From NCBI GenBank assembly GCA_951406725.2, contig OX597831.1:62806001-62870000 (forward strand): DNA of 64,000 nucleotides. Reading direction: 5' to 3'. A program made the position numbers and the translations under genes. Source of the stretch: Octopus vulgaris (lineage: Eukaryota). Below, piece by piece: positions 13,498 to 28,010 of this stretch (position 1 is the first letter of the stretch; each line of letters opens with the position of its first letter). The notes below the pieces were generated by a model. That model saw only the letters and a list, made by a program, of their open reading frames with translations. It was not told the DNA's origin and did not search any database.

Positions 13498-13807
13498 TAT
13501 TACTTGTCAGTACAACTACTGCGTAGGCTTCTTAGAGTGATTTTAGATCTAGCATTTTTGCTTATATATACATTTAAATTAATTACTTAATTAATTACTA
13601 CATTCAAAGGATGCCAACAACATTCACTACCTTTCCTACCTACTATTTCGTTGTCTCTATTCATCACTCTTGTTATCATCCTCTTGTCGTTATCATTTTG
13701 GGAGTAGTTTATATTTATTAGTGGATTTACTCGAACTAGTGTTAATGCTCGAGGTTTTATGTTTATGTTCATTTAGCTTATATTCGTTTCAGTTAGCTGA
13801 GGGTGGT

Positions 13808-14642
13808 TCGAGATGAAAGCAGAATCGCACTCCTACTTGAAAAATGCATTGTATTGAAAAAATTGTTTTCGGATCCCTACGTTTCAGATGTCGGAGTTTA
13901 CGAATAAGCAAAAGTAAAGAAAATTCATCCACATCACCCCCACCCCCATCAAATTAAAATTTTGATTTTATTTACTTTAAATAGATTGTAGCGAATTGAC
14001 GAACACATGCAAATCGAAATTCAATATAGACAAAAACATTAAAAGCTAAAAGAAATTTGCCATTTACTTGTGCTTGCCTTAAATAATCGTAAATAGTAAT
14101 TGAATGTAAATTGAATATACACCATTTTATGAGAAGCAAACATTAATGTTTAATTATTAATGTTATCAATTTTGATAAGGGGCTCCAATTTCACCCCTTC
14201 CCCCAATTTTTAATTTTGAACTTTTTCATCCATTTATTTATTAGTCTGTCTATCTATTTATCCATATCCGTTTATTCATAAAATATATTTGTCAACTAAA
14301 TGTGGCGGTCCTACAAAAGACGGTGTTACTGTTGTTTTTGGCCCGTGAAAGACATTCATAGCTATTCATCTCTTTATACACATGTCTATATGCTTGACGA
14401 ATTTAAAATTTTGAAAAAGGGGTTTGTTGCATATTCGGAACCCCATCATCTAAAACATAGGTGAAAAAAAAATTCGAAAAAAGTTCAAAATTTTAATTGG
14501 GGGTTGGGGTTGGCGGGAAGGAGTGGTGGGTGATTTTTTTTTTTTATTCTTAATCTCCGACATCTAAAAGGTAGAAATCCGAAAAAGATTTTTCAAAAAG
14601 ATGCATTTTTCAAGGAGAGGTACGCTTCTGCATTAGCCCCGG
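13808..14642. mobile_element. Non-autonomous DNA transposon with long imperfect TIRs
   Basis: gcagaatcgcactcc..tgaaaaatgcat..tttcggat..agatgtcggag is mirrored by ctccgacatct..atccgaaaa..atgcatttttca..cttctgc. Confidence 0.65.
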
Positions 14643-15710
14643 TGTTTCTATGTCCGTTGATTCAGCAACACGACTCGTGTTATGATTAATTTCCCTATTG
14701 TATTCTTTAGAACTATCCCTGGATTACTTTCTATTACCATGGCAGTGACCAGAATCGTAATTACGTACAATTTTTAACATTACTATACCGAATACTTATT
14801 TGGAATGTATTTAGTTTGTTCAGTGAGACCTCCTTCCATTAGGACTAGGTTGCAATATCTCTCGTATGGTTTAAAGCTTTCTTTGTTGGCTTCCCTATAG
14901 AATTTATAATACGTCTTGTATGATTTGAGTTGCGGCTAACATACTTAAAATTTCGATTGGTTTGTGAAATGGATGTTACAATCCACTACAAACAACAACT
15001 GTAATAACTAAAATAGATTACCCTCGCACACCGTAGTCCTAAAGTTCAAAGATAACGCATATTTAATTTAAGAATCTTCTTCATTGCTAGAATTAGAGAT
15101 TCCTTTTCTTTTCTCATCTCTCTTTATATTTGATAAGATATATTTTTTACTGTTTATTTTCATGTTTCACTTCTCTTACGTCTCCTTTTTTATTTTTTCC
15201 TTTTATATTTATTTTCAATTTTGTTACTTTTGTTTTGCCTCTGGCTTTATTTGACTTTTTGGGGTTTATCTTTTCTTAGCTCTTGTGTAATTTATCCTAT
15301 TACCCTATTTAAGAATTATATCTTAGTCTCATTACTGCAGCTGTTTCAATGATACTTAGTGCCATAATTTAGTATTACATGTAGTCTTAGTCTCACTGTT
15401 ATTTTACCTGTGATAGTTTATTCATTTATAATCCTTGATAACTACTTGTTATTATTCCAGTTAACTGTTTGTATTTATGTGACTCTGGTAATTAATAAAG
15501 TAGAAGTTGATACTTGGTGTCGAAAATAATAGCTGCTTTTTGCTTCGTATATTTTCAAGTACTTTCCCCTTATATAGTTCCCCAACATACAGCAGGAAAC
15601 ACCAAAACCTGCCACTGACCTAACATAGTTTCTAAAAATATTGTAGTAAATGTTAAAAACCTGCATCTGACCGTAAGGAGGTTGTGGGTCATCAAATTTC
15701 ATTACTGGGT

Positions 15711-16250
15711 GATACAGAAATAATTTATTCTCAAACGCATGATAATGCCAATACAAAAGCAAGAACATGATAAACTATCCATATATTGTAGAAAAATATC
15801 GTTTACTGGCCAGCCATGATACTCGAACTCACATTCCTGTGATTACGTGTCAAGTGTTTACCCTTAAGCTCAACAACTCAGTAACGAATTGTTCTGCAAT
15901 TTTAGGATTTATAAATCTAGCTTTATCTTTCAATACTTCTCGACGCTTCTGAAGCAAACTTTGTTTATTTTCATCGTAAGTTGAATTTAATGATAGCATC
16001 TTATAAAGCTAGATTTGTAAATCCTCAAATTGCAGGACGACTCTTTACTGGGCAGTTTAGCTTAAAGGTAAAGCACTTGCCGCGTAATTACAGGGATGTG
16101 AGTTTGAGTCTCATGGCTGGCTGGCTGGTAACATTGTTTTCTGCAATATATGTATAATTTATCCTGTTCATGCTATTGTATTAGTATTATCATGCGTTTG
16201 AGAATAACTTATTTCTGTATCTTTCAATACATCTCTACGCTTCTAAAGCT
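15711..16250. repeat. Long inverted repeat (arms 15711-15926 and 16003-16221) containing a tRNA-like module in each arm
   Basis: About 215-bp arms. The ~30-bp tatctttcaatac...gcttct(g/a)aagc follows each arm as a direct repeat. Confidence 0.85.
16050..16122 (+). pseudogene. tRNA-like (Pol III A/B box) sequence; inverted copy at 15808-15880
   Basis: tagcttaaaggtaaagc (A box/D arm) and gagtt(t/c)gagtctc (B box/T arm); loop c(g/a)cgtaa. Confidence 0.5.
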
Positions 16251-17823
16251 TGAGGGTGATGTCTTGAAACAGACGACCTCATTTTGAATAAATGCCATAA
16301 GGACAAAATTTCATAATTTTTCTCGTCTTTACTTGTTTTCTTTGGCAGTTGATTTGTTGTAGCTGACCCGAAAAAAACATCATTGTAAGGATTTTCTCTC
16401 TAATTTCAGTCGGTGAAAGAGTGGTTTGATAAAATAAAACTCTGAAAGCACCCAAATGGGTATCCGAAAAACATGTAAGCTTATAATAAATAAATGTATG
16501 ACCCATTATTTCTGTCTAGGGAGGGAGTGAGGGAGAGAGAGAGGGGGGTGAGGTCTCAGTGTTTTTTTAAAATTTAGAAGTGGATTTTTCTCAAAGGAAG
16601 TTAAAATTGGCTTCAAAGTTAGCCATATTATCTCATCTTACATTTTCATTATAGGACTGCGAAGAAATTTGAATTGATGTTGAACCACATAATATTGTTT
16701 TAGGAAACTATTATGTTGTTAAAATTCATAATATTGTAATAGTAAAAAACGAAAAGGAGTTAGCTTACTTGTGCATCCGATTTAAATATTTCTTTCATAG
16801 TTTTAGGGCTTTACTTCGCATTTATAAATATTGTCTTTGTGGTGGAACTTGACAGCAAATGAAATGAATTTCGATTTTATATTCAACTGCTTAGGAAATT
16901 TCTTCTCTAAATAGGTGATAGAGAGAGAGCATAGTTTCATGCTCAATGATTTTTGGTAAAACATTGGCTCTCGTGCAAGCAATAGCTGCATCATGCGTAT
17001 ATTTTTGACCCAGTATGATTTATCTCGCTGGATAACTTTAGTTTAATATCAACTTCCATAGTTTCAACGTCCACATTACAAAAGCAACGATTAAATTAAA
17101 TATAAATTATAGAATAGGAACCCTTTCGGATCTCTGCACCATTTTTACCGCCTCTTTTCTGTTTAGCTGTTTTATAAATAGTTTAGTACGTTTGTGTGCA
17201 AATATACATCTCAAAGAGTACCTGTCCGTGAGATTGCTTCTGTATAATATACCTGTATATGTGTGTGCCTGTATGTGCGTGTCTGTGTATCTGTGCCTGT
17301 AGGTGCGTGTGTATAGGTGTGTGTGCTCGTCTGTGTACGTGTGTGAGTATGCACGTGTGGATAAAGGTGTGTAATTGAGTACTTGTGTACGTCTTTGTAT
17401 AGGTGTTGGAATGTGTGTGCGCATATATATGTTTTCATCATTTCATATCTGTGCACACCTGTAAGTTTTTCTGAACATGTCTGCGTAACGCTCCTCCTTA
17501 ACATATTTGCCAAGCTCTCTCTCTCTCTCTCTCTCAATATAAACAAAAGTACACTTTAATTCAAACCTTCAAACGAAAGGTTAAATTGGTTTGCATTGGC
17601 CGACTAGGAATTATAAACAAAGAAAACCATTCTAATTATGCTAGCAAATGTTCATAAACTATACTAATCACTATGATGTGCAAAAATATCCTAATGAACA
17701 ACTGAGACATCAAACAAAAGTCTATATCGTTACTAGCGTGATGAGAGCTTTGTTACTATGTTTTTATGTTTGTGTTTACGTAAATATAAACATGCATAAG
17801 CATAATTTTATGACTTCAATAGA

Positions 17824-18002
17824 TATGTATATATATATATATATATACACATATATATATAAGTGTATATATATATATATATATACTTATATATATACAC
17901 ATATATACTTATATATATACACATATATACATATATATATATATACATACATTATATATATATAGATACACACACATATATATATACACATATATACATA
18001 CA

Positions 18003-18037
<35 letters not shown>

Positions 18038-18231
18038 GTATGTATATGTGCTATGTGTGTGTGTGTATGGCTATTGAGTTTTATATATGCTTCTAGATCT
18101 AGTAATGAAATGTGTGCCGTTTTACAGAGATAGTTTCTAATCGATTTCTGTTCTTAACTGATTTCCAATTAAATACTTTATTAAAATCTGAATCTCTTTT
18201 TTCGTGTTTATTATGCACTTCCATTCCCATC

Positions 18232-18329
<98 letters not shown>

Positions 18330-18593
18330 ATAGATAAATAGATAGATAGGTAGATAGATAGATATATAGAGAGATATATAGATAAACAGTTGATAGATAG
18401 ATATATAGATAGATAGATTAGAGACAGGCACGTTCTGTACAGAATACCCGTCGTAGTGCTCAAGCAATTTCAACTTGAGCTATTAGAGGATTAAATGTAA
18501 GGTGGGTTGCTCGTGGTCCAAAATAATGCTATAACTTGATTCCATCATCAGATACCACCAGCCTCCGTATGTAGGTATATATAAGTATATCTA

Positions 18594-18677
<84 letters not shown>

Positions 18678-18680
18678 TGC
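17824..18680. repeat. Cluster of (TA)n, (TC)n, (GA)n and (GATA)n microsatellites
   Basis: Directly visible. Confidence 0.9.
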
Positions 18681-18769
18681 ATACATATATGTGTAGGAGA
18701 GATACGTGTGTATGTATCTCTGTGTGAGAGTGTGTGTGTGATCGTTTCTATGTATGTGTGTCGTGGCAT

Positions 18770-18970
18770 CTGTGTTTGGCCCTCACAAGCGCTTGACTAC
18801 TGGCATCGGTTTGTTTAAATCCGTGTAAACTTGCGGTTCGGCGAAAGATGCTAATAAAATAAGTACCAGTCTTTACAAAATAAGTCCCGAAGTCGATTCA
18901 TTCACCTAAAAACTCTTCAAGATGGTGCGCAACATGGCTGCAGTCTAATGAAGGTAACAAGTGAAAGATA
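18770..18970 (+). mobile_element. Old family-B SINE 3' half
   Basis: cgcttgac..gcggttcggc..aataagtacc..gtcgatt..catggctgcagtc. Confidence 0.75.
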
Positions 18971-18986
18971 ATATGTATATGTATGC

Positions 18987-19660
<674 letters not shown>

Positions 19661-19662
<2 letters not shown>

Positions 19663-20840
19663 TTTATTTAAAGCAGCAGAAAATTCAACAAAATCTGTTA
19701 CTCTGAGTTTCTCGTTGCCGTTCATCAGACAGTTTTTGCTAGAATGGAACCGATATATCAATTCAATCTAGACTCTTACAAACGCTACACCTTTAAAAAG
19801 AAATGGACTTGTTTGATTGGCCCTTTAGAAAAAACGGTCAATCTTCGAGCGATAAACAAAAAGGTCAAAAATATATGTATATATATATAAAAACTTATAA
19901 AAATTATAAAATTCGAGGAAAAAACCTTACGTTGAATAAAATACATATTGGCATTAATGAAGAAAGTATAATTAAAGCTTAGAAATTAAACCTATTATAA
20001 ATATTACACTGCAATACATATTTATGTTAACGTGTACATATATATATCAACATACACAGAAGGATGCGTGCCAACGCCATACATATACAGACGTATAAAT
20101 ATAAATCTGAAATATACACATAAATGCATGCGTACATATATTTACGCAATCCGTCTCGCACGCAATTTAAAATCAACTATGTAGCGATTCTCATATACTG
20201 AGTAAGGGGGGGGGCGAAAGAAAGGAAGAGAGAAAAAAAGGAACGAAGAAGGGGGAAGGAAAAAAGAAAAAAGAAAAAGGAGGGGTGGGGAAAAAAACGA
20301 AATAAGAAAAATTATGTATACAAGCTTTGTAACGGCATTATTGACATGTATGGAAACATGTATACAAATACACAAGCTCGAATGGATACATACACATACA
20401 GTCGTGTATATGTGTGCTTAAGCACAAGCATACGTCCACTTACACATACACAGATACGCATGCTTACAAATACATATCCATGGCTATACACATATATAAA
20501 AATTCTAATTTTTGACAACATTGCTTTTTTTTAAAGAAATGGGTGCAATAATAAAAAATATATACGAAAGATATATAAAAATAAAATATAACACCCTATT
20601 TTGGATCATCTATAAAAAATCAAGGTAATCCTATACAATACAATAATTTGAAATAAACAAATTCGAAGGTTTTTCCTAATGTATATGTCGAAACATAAGA
20701 CTTTGCTATACGCGGAACGAAATCCATCGTAGCGCTCACAGCTCAAGAGTCAAAATCAAAATTTCAAAAATCAAAAATACAAAATATATACTCTATCCAT
20801 ATGGTATATTTATATTCGACATTTTAAATATATATACTCC
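19661..20840 (-). mobile_element. Non-coding PLE-like element; second copy at 56470-57368 in opposite orientation
   Basis: About 800 bp of clear homology; both copies carry a minimal HHR and are bounded by (TA)n. Confidence 0.8.
19695..19732 (-). ncRNA. Minimal type I hammerhead ribozyme motif
   Basis: ctgt-CTGATGA-acggcaacga-GAAA-ctcagag-TA^acag. Confidence 0.85.
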
Positions 20841-20895
<55 letters not shown>

Positions 20896-20917
20896 ATGTG
20901 TATATATATATATATAG

Positions 20918-21058
20918 GGAGAGTTTACGAAAAAAACAAAATACGAAGACAGGTGGCATACAAAGCAAACAGATGTATTAGTATAACGCTCAGGAATAGA
21001 AAAAGTCTGTTACGTTTCGTGCCTACGCCCTTCTACAGAAAGGGACTCAGAAAAAAAA

Positions 21059-21060
<2 letters not shown>
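20918..21060 (-). mobile_element. Short PLE-like 3'-end element with variant hammerhead-like core (21006-21043)
   Basis: Homologous to 52590-52745; ccttt-CTGTAGAA-gggc gtag gcac-GAAA-cg-TA^acaga. Confidence 0.6.
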
Positions 21061-21125
<65 letters not shown>

Positions 21126-21162
21126 AAACAAGGTTATATCTATCTATCTATCTATCTATCTA

Positions 21163-21240
<78 letters not shown>

Positions 21241-21915
21241 TATGTATGTATAGATGTATGGATGCATGAATGTATGTTGTATGGATGGATGGGTGGACAG
21301 ATGTATGCATATATGTATGTATATACTATCTAGATACAAATACAAACAGCGATGTTGAATTTCAAGAAATTGTACAGGTGATGCATTAGAAAGTTCAGTA
21401 CACTGTCGAAATTCGAGCGACTATAATTAATGATATAAAACATAAACAAAACAAACTATTCTAATTATATTTGAAAATATTCATAAAAATATATCAAATA
21501 CCGTGATGTATAAAAATATACTAATGAGCAAATCAAACATCAAAGCGGTGCCCATGTCATTCCAAGAGTGTATTATTATGTGATTCTGTAATTGTGTGCG
21601 TTTTTACGTTTTCATCTATTCGTATTTATGCAGTTCCAAATATTTAGATTTTATGTGTATATGCCTGTTGTGCGGGAGCGCGCGTGTGTGTGTCTGTGAG
21701 TATATGTGTGTAAATAGTGTGAGTATGTGTGAGTGTGTTTCTGTGTGTGTGTGTGTGTGTGTGATTAGTTATATCATTATATATCTGCATTATGTCCTAT
21801 AAATGAAGTAAAACGTGTTTTTTACATGGTTTTCTAATTGATTTCTGTGTGTATTCAATACGAGCCATTTCTTCATCTATCTATATATGCGCAAGCATAT
21901 TTGCATCAGTGTGCG

Positions 21916-21946
<31 letters not shown>

Positions 21947-23186
21947 CTGTGTGTCTGCATGTGTGTGTGTTTCTGTGTGTATGTGGTTGTGGTGTGGATT
22001 TCTATGTGTGTATGTTTGTATATGCATTTATATATATATATATATATATATACGTATGCCTTTTCTTATATGTCTGTTCTTTAGGCTTGTATGCATGTGT
22101 ATTCCGTATACACAGTCAGTTTATTTATATATCACCATCAATTATTGCAATTCCGCAGTCGTTCTCAAGTGTTGGATTGAAAGATGACTTAGAATATGTA
22201 GTTATGTAATTACTATATAATCACATGCCTTTTTTTAGGACTTAATCATTAGCGTAAAGAAAATCGCTCAACACCCCATTTCAGCTCCTCGGAGAGAAGA
22301 TAAATGTAAAATTAAAGTTATTTTCAGATTTAAAATTTGTGGTTAATGATGCTTGTAACTGAGTAGAATATTCTGAGGTCAGGTGCTGGTGTAAATTCCG
22401 ATCATGTATTACGTCTGGTATGTCGAGAAATATCTCACTCGTAATGGTGTATGTCAACGAGTGAACAAAATGTTTATACCGCTTACTTTTGACTCCGAGA
22501 GAAAATATTCATAAAATATATTTTAAATATTTGAAAGAGTTACTAAATAGTAATACTAAATAAGGCAATAGGTCCACACGTATATAATTAAATATTTTTT
22601 TTTTATTTAGCTCAGAAGAGTCAAATGTAAAGCCAAGCAGAAGCGTTTGAATCCAAAACATACAGATTTGCATATAAATGAACACAGCCTTTAACCGCCG
22701 CAGACCTGATTATAATTCAATAACAGCAACACAACATTAATTCTACGTTGGTTATTATGCAATACGCAGAATCTACTGGATCTTGCAAATTCTATTAGTT
22801 TATAAAATACGATAATGTCCTTAGATTTTAAATGAACGTGCATTGTTATCATAAATCAAAAGCACATTATTATTCAAGTGAGATAACTGCAATTGAGCAG
22901 GTGTTGAAAGATAGAAGCGACTGCAGTGAAGAAGCAACAGGCTTTAGCAGAGAGTGAGTCGTAGAGCTATCGCGTTTAAACAAGTGCGTTTTAAGTTACA
23001 ATAACTGATTTCTGTTTTCTGCAATAGTTGCAAGAAAATAGGAAGCTTAGTGAGATATCTATTTACTCGTTTTTGTTCTTACTCTTATTATTACTTTATA
23101 ATACTGTTAAAAAATACTTTAGAATATTCTAGTTACAAATAACAAAAAAATTCGAATGAAAGCCATAAGAACCTTATGTAAGTGTC

Positions 23187-23410
23187 TACTCTTTCTCTTT
23201 TACTCTTTTACTTGTTTCAGCCATGTGAGTGTGGCCATGCTGGAGCACCGCCTTTTAGTCGAGCAAATCGACCCCAGGACTTATTCTTTGTAAGCCTAAT
23301 ACGTATTGTATCGGACTCTTTTGCCGAACCGCTAAGTTACGGAGACGTAAACACACCGACATCGGTTGTCGAGCGATGTTGGGGGGACAGACACAGACAC
23401 ACAAACACAT

Positions 23411-23470
<60 letters not shown>

Positions 23471-23628
23471 GGCGGGCTTCTCTCAGTTTCCGTCTACCAA
23501 ATCCGCTCACAAGGCTTTGGTTGGCCCGAGGATATAGTAGAAGATACTTGCCCAAGGTGCCACGCAGTGGGACTGAACTCGAAATCATGTAGATAGTAAG
23601 CAAGCTACTTACCACACAGCCACTCCTG
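23187..23628 (-). mobile_element. SINE family B
   Basis: Full head, core, microsatellite and tail. Confidence 0.92.
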
Positions 23629-24203
23629 TTGATATTATACACTATTCGGTACTTATTAAGCAACTATGTATTTGCATGTGCCTGCGTATATGTGTGCGTA
23701 AGGGAGAAGAGGAGAGAGAGAAAAAGTAAATGCTTGTGTCGGCAGATTTGAGTTGCATAAATCCTTGTGTATTTAGACTGTTGAGGAAAAACATATATAC
23801 ACTGAGTCTCGTTGATATGATCTCGGTGGCTCTAAAAGAGCAAGAGCGCAAATCAATAAACTTTGTTGCAAGTTTCACAACTTCTTTGTTCGTTGGATAC
23901 CGTTTATCGTTTTATCTCCTCCTTAATTAATTTTACAAGAACGAATCGTATGTTAGAAGATCCATTGACTTCCTTGGTTTCAATGAATTCACACAGATAC
24001 TCATCACAAACGTACACGCACACACACATATACACACCCAGAGAGTCAAAGGGATGTGTTCACACGGATGCACATACACGCGCATATCTGTAGGTAGGTA
24101 GCTATGTACATGCATATGTGTGTGTGAGTGTGTATGTGTGTGTGAGTGTGTATGTGTGTGTGTCTGTGTACTACTATTTCTGTTTAAAAATATATATATA
24201 TTT

Positions 24204-24250
<47 letters not shown>

Positions 24251-24257
<7 letters not shown>

Positions 24258-25164
24258 ATTTAGGGTAAAAATTGATATTTATCAATTAGAACCAGTGGTC
24301 TAGCATATTAAAGAAAGAATCCGAAGATTAAAATATTTATATATATATATATATATATATAAATATATTTATATATATATATATATATATAAATAACAGC
24401 TGAAACTAATTAGTACGTGGGTAATTATTTTATTTCGTATATTTTTCACTTGTTTATTGCTATGGTTTTGTGTTGAGTTTGATCTGAGAACATAATCTTT
24501 TGTGGTGAATGGCGATTTGACGTCTATATCTAGCATGTTGACTGTCCACTTTTCGTGTCAAGTCCTTAATTGGTATATATAAATATTTTAATCTTCGGAT
24601 TCTTTTTTAATATGCTAGACCATTGGTCTTAATTGATAAATATCAATTTCTACCCTTAATTAATTTTATATAAATAAATATGTTCTCTAACCGATAAATT
24701 AACTGCTGCTAATTATTAGCTGCAGGCTAGTTTTCTCGGGTTTCAACGCGCCAAAGTAAAGGCATTTGAAAGATATATTCAAATGTAATAGGCTGAACTC
24801 CATGCACGCGATATTTCGGTATCGTGTTTGCATCTAGTCCAGCAAATTGCATTTATAACAGACCATGCTGATGATGGCTGCAGTTTTCCTTGCGGAAAAT
24901 AACAGCTGAAACTAATTAGTACATGGGTAATTATTTTATTTCGTATATTTTTCACTTGTTTATTGCTATGGTTTTGTGTTGAGTTTGATCTGAGAACATA
25001 ATCTTTTGTGGTGAATGGCGATTTGACGTCTATATCTAGCATGTTGACTGTCCACTTTTCGTGTTCAGTCCTTAATTGGTATATATAAATATTTTAATCT
25101 TCGGATTCTTTTTTAATATGCTAGACCACTGGTCTTAATTGATAAATATCAATTTCTACCCTTA

Positions 25165-25178
<14 letters not shown>
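24251..25178 (+). mobile_element. Retrozyme/pLTR-like element: partial tandem (506-bp period) plus inverted copy of the 3' end
   Basis: 24391-24670 is repeated at 24897-25175; 24251-24340 is the reverse complement of the last ~90 bp; (TA)n on both sides. Confidence 0.85.
24863..24926 (+). ncRNA. Type I hammerhead ribozyme motif
   Basis: ccatg-CTGATGA-t ggctg..ttttcc/ggaaaa..cagct-GAAA-ctaattag-TA^catgg. Confidence 0.9.
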
Positions 25179-25204
<26 letters not shown>

Positions 25205-25219
25205 TTTATGTATGTACAT

Positions 25220-25530
25220 GGGGGCGCGCAATGGCCCAGTGGTTAGGGCAGCGAACTGGCGGTTGTAGGATCACGGTTTCGATTCCCAGACCGGGCGTTC
25301 TGAGTGTTTATTGAGCGAAAACAGCTAAACCTCCACGAGGCTCCGGCAGGGGGTGCTGGCAATCCCTGCTTTACTCTTTCGTCACAACTTTCTCTCGATC
25401 TTTCTTCTCTTGGCCTGCTCGCTTAGCCAGCGGGGTGGCGTCATTTGAAGGCTAAACAATGCGAAGCACATTGTGACCAGCGATGTGTAGCAACATCTGA
25501 TAGCCTGGTCGGTCACGGTGATCACGGTGA
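25220..25530 (+). mobile_element. SINE family A, tail type 3
   Basis: Family-A head and core followed by a third, unrelated 3' module ending in (tcacggtga)2. Confidence 0.88.
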
Positions 25531-25562
25531 TATATATATATATACCATTATTATTGTGGAAT

Positions 25563-25655
25563 CCTACGCTGAAGAGACGAAAATAGTCGGGTAAGGTATG
25601 ATTATTTATTATTTATGCTTTATACTGACTTAATTCCGAAACGCGCGTCCGTAGG
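25563..25655 (+). ncRNA. Type I hammerhead ribozyme motif with long stem II
   Basis: cctacg-CTGAAGA-...agtcgggtaaggtat/atgctttatactgact...-GAAA-cgcgcg-TC^cgtagg. Confidence 0.88.
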
Positions 25656-25835
25656 TAACCTATTATAGAATGATTTTCGTCATTTTTTCCCCTTTTGCCT
25701 GCGTGGCTTGTCTTCAAGTTGCTTTGGTTTTTCTGGGAACTCCCTTTAAAGTAGAAAGAATAGCTAGGATTTTGACTGCTATTTCTAAAACTTCGGTGTG
25801 TGGTGAAGCTAATCGTTGCTGAACCCTAATTATAT

Positions 25836-25866
<31 letters not shown>

Positions 25867-26052
25867 GCATGCATGCGTGTATGTATATATATGTGTGTGT
25901 GTATGTGTGTGTCTGCGTGCGTGTGTGTGCAGAGAAAGATAAATATATAGATAGATGAATTTTAGTATTAAACCCACCGATTGGTAGTGTCATTCGAAGT
26001 TTTCTGCATTTGTTTAGATTATCCACACTCAGTCTTCAAATCCCGCTCAAGT

Positions 26053-26217
26053 GGGGCAGGAGTGGCTGTGTGGTAACTAGCTTGCTAACCAACCACATGG
26101 TTCCGGGTTCGGTCCCACTGTGTGGCATCTTGGGTAAGTGTCTTCTGCTATAGCCCCGGGACGACCAATGGCTTGTGAGTGGATTTGGTAGACGGAAACT
26201 GAAAGAAGCCTGTCGTA

Positions 26218-26270
<53 letters not shown>

Positions 26271-26520
26271 GGAGATATGTGTGTATGTGTGTGTATGTAT
26301 GTGTGTTTGTATGTGTGTTTGTCCCCCTAGCATTCCTTAACAACCGATGCTGGTGTGTTTACGTCGCCGTCACTTTGCGGTTCGGCAAAATAGACCGATA
26401 GAATAAGTACTGGGCTTACAAAGAATAAGTCTCGGGGTCAATTTGCTCGACTAAAGGCGGTGCTCCAGCATGGCCGCAGTCAAATGGCTGAAACAAGTAA
26501 AAGAGTAAAAGAGTAAAAGA
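26053..26520 (+). mobile_element. SINE family B
   Basis: Full copy; internal TA/GA/TG tract. Confidence 0.92.
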
Positions 26521-28010
26521 CTGTCCTATATCTGTAATATTTTCGCTCTCAATAAATAATGTACTGAACATCCGATGCTATGTTGGCAGTAATTTTAGAG
26601 TGTTAGACGGAATGCTTGGCAACAGTGATTCTCTGTTTTTACATCAGAATTTCAAATATGCTGCACGGCCACGAATGAGAAAAAGAAACGTGTTTCTTAT
26701 GTGAGGAGATGAAACTGACAAATACTTCAAGCTTCCTTTGTTCCACTTGATGGTCGGTTGCAGTATGATATAAAATACACTCAGACACATGTGTTCTGAC
26801 ACATTCATGGATGTATGGATATCAATTGAAAAACTTACTGATATGTTTGCTTATGAAAAATGTTTGCTTGAACGTGTGTTGTGTGTGGGCGTGTCTGTCT
26901 CTCTGTCTGTGCGTGAATGTGTGTGCTCGAACGCACTTCTGATCAACACAATCTATCCTGATGTAACTGAAACTAGAGTAGAAGCTGGCGTACCTAGCAA
27001 CAATTACAGTTTGAAGTGGTAGAAAAGTTAACACTTCTAGATGAAATCAACTGTTTATTTACCTTTCGTATTTTTTTCTGAATTCAACGATACTGATTTA
27101 TGTCCAATTATGAAGTTATTTTTATTGACAATAAATGCTTTTATAAAATGCGTATTGTGCAATTCACTATTATGCATATTTTTCTAGTAATATAACTCAA
27201 CTGCGTCCAGCCATAGAACATTTGGCCATTGTGTAGAGTGAACAGTATTGACGAATGAAAGCAATAGCTTAGAACGATGAGCTTAGGAAACAGTATCAGG
27301 GAAAACATTTACTATGACTGGACGAATTAGTATTTAACGACTCCTGTTATGAATTTTGCATTTGGAAGATATCATCCATTTCGATTTCTCTAATGATGTG
27401 TGTTCCATATGTAAATTTCACATGATTTTACAGGAAATGAAAACGAAACATATAAATTAACGGTTCAGGAATATTATATTATTCGACATGAAACATCTCT
27501 TGTAGACTATAGAATCGAATAGGGTGATTGTTAGTCTGATTGTAAATATGATGTTCCAGACAACGAGAAATATTAAAAGAAAAATTTCAGCTGTTTTGTA
27601 AGTATAATCTTCGCTAATCTATAATGAACACAAACTTGACACTCAACCAAATAATTATTGCACCTTCATGCAAAGATATCAATATTAATTGTAATGTTAC
27701 TAATAGAATGATGTCGAATTAAGGAAACACTGACCATGTAAATTTACATCTTAATCAAATGCACATATGGACAGTTTATTAGGAAGGACGTTTACGTGAT
27801 GATATCGAAAATAACGGTGTGATTTTGGTCGATGTTTTTCTAAAGTGGATTTATAGAGAGTATGGAAAAGTTGCTTTGTTTTCATATCATTCCTGAGAAT
27901 TCGCTGTCGAAATTGGTGCTCTGTCTATAATGTGAATACAGTGTATGTATAAATAAAACTGTGCTGCAGTTATATCTTTACATGGGTGTCTTAACTTGGA
28001 TTATGAACGT

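Noticed and set aside
18460-18555. Minus-strand CTGATGA...GAAA
   Set aside because: No stem II or stem I pairing; only a local hairpin.
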